Made by a program: the position numbers and the translations under genes. Under the pieces are notes generated by a model, which saw only the letters and a list, made by a program, of their open reading frames with translations, was not told where the DNA came from and did not search any database. Shown one piece after another: positions 60,971-64,000 of a DNA stretch of 64,000 bases (position 1 is the stretch's first letter; the number at the start of each line of letters is the position of its first letter). Origin of the DNA: Patescibacteria group bacterium (GTDB taxonomy: Bacteria; Patescibacteriota; Minisyncoccia; Phycocordibacterales; UBA2100); NCBI GenBank assembly GCA_038064835.1, contig JBBTSD010000001.1, forward strand, positions 170,361-234,360. Reading direction: 5' to 3'.

Positions 60971-62204
60971 CCCCTGACGCTTTGAGGTATTCATCGAAGA
61001 ATTGTTTGCAACCAACATCAGTTTGCGCGGTAGAGCCGTGACCACAGCCATCACCGGCAGGATCGGGCTTTCCGCAGAGCATGCCGTGACAATGGTAATA
61101 ATCGCATTTGTCAGGCTTTGCCAGGTGGAGCGCGGTGGGGAAGTTTCTCTGACGAGCTTCGTTCTCTTTTTTGATTTGATTCAGACGCGCTTGAATCTGT
61201 GCCTGCACATCACGCAATTCTTGCTCGAGCGCGCTTTTCTCACCCTGCTTCCTTGTAAGGAGATTCTTGTAGAAGTCCAGGCTCGCTTCGATTGCTACTT
61301 TGCGCTCGGCGCGCAACGCATTCAATGCTCCTTCAAACTGCGTTTTTGTGGCCTCTGGCGGTATATACGTGTCTACATCCGCGAGATCACGCTCGAGCGG
61401 ACTCATGCGCTTTTTGATATTTTCGATACTCGTATCCACTGATTGGATTTCGAGCACAATAGCGGCAGCTCTCTGACGAAGTGCAGACAAATCGCTATCG
61501 GTGTCAGAGCTGATCATCTTACAATTCATGAGCTCAACAGGGGCTGAGGCGACTCCTTCCTCGTTATTCCCGCCTGCTGTGCGTGGCGGGTCAGTAAACT
61601 TCTCGCTTCCCGTAGGGGGGTTGCAAGCCTTTTCGCGTGCGTCCAAACCGGCAAGCGCAGCGTTGAGGGCGGCACGCATCGTCTGGGTATCCTGCGTGAA
61701 CTGATTTTGCGTAGTTGCCATTGATGCGTCGTACGCATCAAAACATGCCTTGGTGTCAGACTGCTCGTAGGGCACATCGGTCTTTGGGGGGTTTGCAGCA
61801 CGGCACTGAGCCAGCGCATCTCGTGCTGTCTTATAGGTGTTATACGCTTCTTCGCGCTTCTGGAAATATGTCTGAAATTCAGCATGCGGTGCATTGTCAG
61901 GTGGCGACTTGATACTGTTGTAATGTGCGACAGCGGCATCGCGTGCTGCTTGTGCGTCTGCACAAGGGTCCACAGGCTTTGCGTTTAGACACTGGCTGAG
62001 GCGATCCTCTGTCGCCGCTCTCTCATCGGCAAAAATCTCCACACTGGCAGAAACTCCCGAGTCATACGCTACCTGGAGGCTCGTGCGGGCCTCGTCGATG
62101 GCGTTACATGCCACTGTTTCTGCATTAAAACCCTGAAGGTATGCTATGACCCCCACGACGATCGCTGCGGCGGTTGCCACGGCTGCAATTGTTTTTGTAT
62201 TCAT
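60963..62204 (-). CDS. secreted/anchored Cys-containing coiled-coil protein
   Basis: N-terminal TM, Cys-bounded helical repeats, long coiled coil, C-terminal Cys/His cluster. Confidence 0.7.
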   Translation of the reverse strand: MNTKTIAAVATAAAIVVGVIAYLQGFNAETVACNAIDEARTSLQVAYDSGVSASVEIFADERAATEDRLSQCLNAKPVDPCADAQAARDAAVAHYNSIKSPPDNAPHAEFQTYFQKREEAYNTYKTARDALAQCRAANPPKTDVPYEQSDTKACFDAYDASMATTQNQFTQDTQTMRAALNAALAGLDAREKACNPPTGSEKFTDPPRTAGGNNEEGVASAPVELMNCKMISSDTDSDLSALRQRAAAIVLEIQSVDTSIENIKKRMSPLERDLADVDTYIPPEATKTQFEGALNALRAERKVAIEASLDFYKNLLTRKQGEKSALEQELRDVQAQIQARLNQIKKENEARQRNFPTALHLAKPDKCDYYHCHGMLCGKPDPAGDGCGHGSTAQTDVGCKQFFDEYLKASGVN

Positions 62205-62286
62205 AGTAGCCACAGTATATCCCTCGGCGCGATTTGCTCAATATCGCCTACAGTCAACCGCCATTGTGTTGTGGTACCCTAGATAT

Positions 62287-62721
62287 ATGAACACAAAAGT
62301 GAAATCTAAGGCTGGTGGGAAAGAGGCAGAGGCCAAGGTGCCAACGGATCTGCGCACCACCCTTGCGGCGACTCCAAAAGTTTTGGCGTTGTGGCAGAGC
62401 CTTACACCGATTGCGCGCAGGGACTGGATTAGCTGGATAGATTCGGCAAAACAAGCCGAGACGCGTACACGACGGATCGAGCAAACCGCATCGAAGCTTA
62501 TATCTGGAAAGCGACGACCTTGCTGCTACGCACTGGTGCCAATGAATTTATACAAAGCGTTGGGGGCAAGTCCGAAAGCAAAGGCCCAATGGAAAACGCT
62601 TACACCAACCGAACGCAGAGATTTTATTGGTTGGATAGATGTGGCAAAGGAATCGGAAGCGCATAAAATCCGCATCGCAAAAGTTTGCGCACTGCTTTCA
62701 GCAGGAAAGCGGCATTTCTGA
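62287..62721 (+). CDS. YdeI/OmpD-associated family protein
   Basis: Duplicated VP.DL...L....W..LTP..RRD.I.WI..AK..E.R..RI; RRPCC. Confidence 0.88.
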   Translation: MNTKVKSKAGGKEAEAKVPTDLRTTLAATPKVLALWQSLTPIARRDWISWIDSAKQAETRTRRIEQTASKLISGKRRPCCYALVPMNLYKALGASPKAKAQWKTLTPTERRDFIGWIDVAKESEAHKIRIAKVCALLSAGKRHF

Positions 62722-62842
62722 CCCATCCTTATTTGTTGTCGAACACGAGACAGGGGACCTCGAGGATTTTGAACTTGCCAAACTGATAAAATTGTTATAC
62801 GGTCTTTCCGGCAATAGAAGACAATAAGAGGATAGAGAAGTC

Positions 62843-63403
62843 ATGGACATAGCACAGTTTGCCCCCCAACTCTTGTGGGGTGGCATCGGGGCAATCGTCG
62901 CTACCGGCCTTTTCGCCATCATTGTCGTGCTTGTTGGCGGATTCAACGAATTCACGGTAAGGGCGCTCGCAAGCACATTTGTGCTGGGCTACTACTGCCT
63001 CACTATGGTGGCCACATTCGGTCAGGGGCCGACCTTTCTCGTGCTCTCAACGATGGGCGCGATGATTGCCGGATTTGGTCTCTTGCTCACGCTACCAGTA
63101 ATCTGGGCCAGAAAATTTGACATGGGGGAGGCCACTTTCAAGATTGTGTTTTCGCTCGCAGTAGTCGCCTTCGGCCTCGCGCTTGGGTGCATCAACTTCC
63201 GCATGGCAGGGACATCACCCTTGGGGGTTTCTGTGATGATGGGGGCTGTCGCTACCGTGGCGGTGGTTACGCTCATGATGCTGAGTATCATCACCAATGG
63301 TCTACGCACCACCGGCGAAGGGTTCATGCGCGTCTTAATCGCACTTGCCATTCTGATGGTCATGCTCAGTATTTTGAATCCAGTCATAGGCAAGATGGCC
63401 TGA
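62843..63403 (+). CDS. hypothetical membrane protein
   Basis: About 6 hydrophobic segments; followed by a terminator. Confidence 0.65.
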   Translation: MDIAQFAPQLLWGGIGAIVATGLFAIIVVLVGGFNEFTVRALASTFVLGYYCLTMVATFGQGPTFLVLSTMGAMIAGFGLLLTLPVIWARKFDMGEATFKIVFSLAVVAFGLALGCINFRMAGTSPLGVSVMMGAVATVAVVTLMMLSIITNGLRTTGEGFMRVLIALAILMVMLSILNPVIGKMA

Positions 63404-63412
63404 GACAGAATA

Positions 63413-63436
63413 AGCCCCGGTTAATCCGGGGTTTTC
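63413..63436 (+). terminator. rho-independent terminator
   Basis: AGCCCCGG-TTAAT-CCGGGGTTTT. Confidence 0.75.
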
Positions 63437-63492
63437 TCCATGTCGCAAGATCGTCCTATTGTATCTAAAACCGGTTGCTATACTGGATGTCA

Positions 63493-64000
63493 ATGAGTTT
63501 GGTAGTCGGTAGTACGCGACGAAATCTAATCGCCCTGGCTTTCTTTCTGTTCTTCTACGGTGCGTTTGGAGCTCTTCTTTTTTTCAAGCAAGAGTCTATC
63601 GTGTATCAGCCATGGCCTCAGGATTTTGATAATTGCCCTGCGCTCACAAGTGCTGAGCGGGTAACGCATCAAGACACTCGGATATATTTTAAAAACAATG
63701 GGCCAAAGATCGTGGTCATTTATCACGGGAACGCAGGATCTGCGTGCGACAGGGCATTTATGGCATCATTTTTCGAACAGTACGGATATTCGTACGCATT
63801 AGTCGAATACGCAGGGTATTCAAACGATGCGGTTTCGCCTCGACACGATCGGGTCAAAAAAGATGTCGAGCATATAGTTTCTTTTCTGGAGGAGCACGAA
63901 TTTCGGCAAGTGATGGTTGTGGGTGAGAGTATTGGTACGGGTGCAGCTGCATTTCATGCAGCTATTAAGTCGCCATCGAAACTCGTTCTGATCTCGCCGT
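63493..64000 (+). CDS. alpha/beta hydrolase (partial, runs off the window)
   Basis: Manual translation: N-terminal TM, YHGNAG, EYAGY, GESIG nucleophile elbow. Confidence 0.85.
   Translation, partial: MSLVVGSTRRNLIALAFFLFFYGAFGALLFFKQESIVYQPWPQDFDNCPALTSAERVTHQDTRIYFKNNGPKIVVIYHGNAGSACDRAFMASFFEQYGYSYALVEYAGYSNDAVSPRHDRVKKDVEHIVSFLEEHEFRQVMVVGESIGTGAAAFHAAIKSPSKLVLISP

Overview
Chromosomal window from a small-genome bacterium, most likely Patescibacteria (CPR, Parcubacteria-like). This is inferred from a type IV pilus locus without pilQ, gatCA without an adjacent gatB, a shortened RF2, and widespread leaderless-looking promoters. The standard genetic code fits. Core content: guaA; a comF-pilMNOP-pilB-receiver-pilT-pilC-pilin-pilD-minor pilin locus; ligA, gatC, gatA; queA and tgt; sppA, prfB, ftsEX, pyrG, msrA; seven tRNAs; and a CsoR-headed copper operon. 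Accessory content clusters at tRNA 3' ends. Highlights: (1) two AT-rich AbiU2-like HEPN genes tightly coupled to guaA; (2) an array after tRNA-Gln in which unrelated small genes are each followed by the same 26-27 bp motif, mixed with IS remnants and a split Fic/antitoxin pair; (3) inverted and direct copies of tRNA 3' ends at tRNA-fMet and tRNA-Thr; (4) a candidate ~110 nt structured ncRNA divergent from tRNA-fMet; (5) four ~160 bp palindromic intergenic elements; (6) an AsnRS-like paralog lacking the anticodon-binding domain and overlapping queA; (7) an indoleamine 2,3-dioxygenase. All calls were made by eye from motifs and no searches were run.
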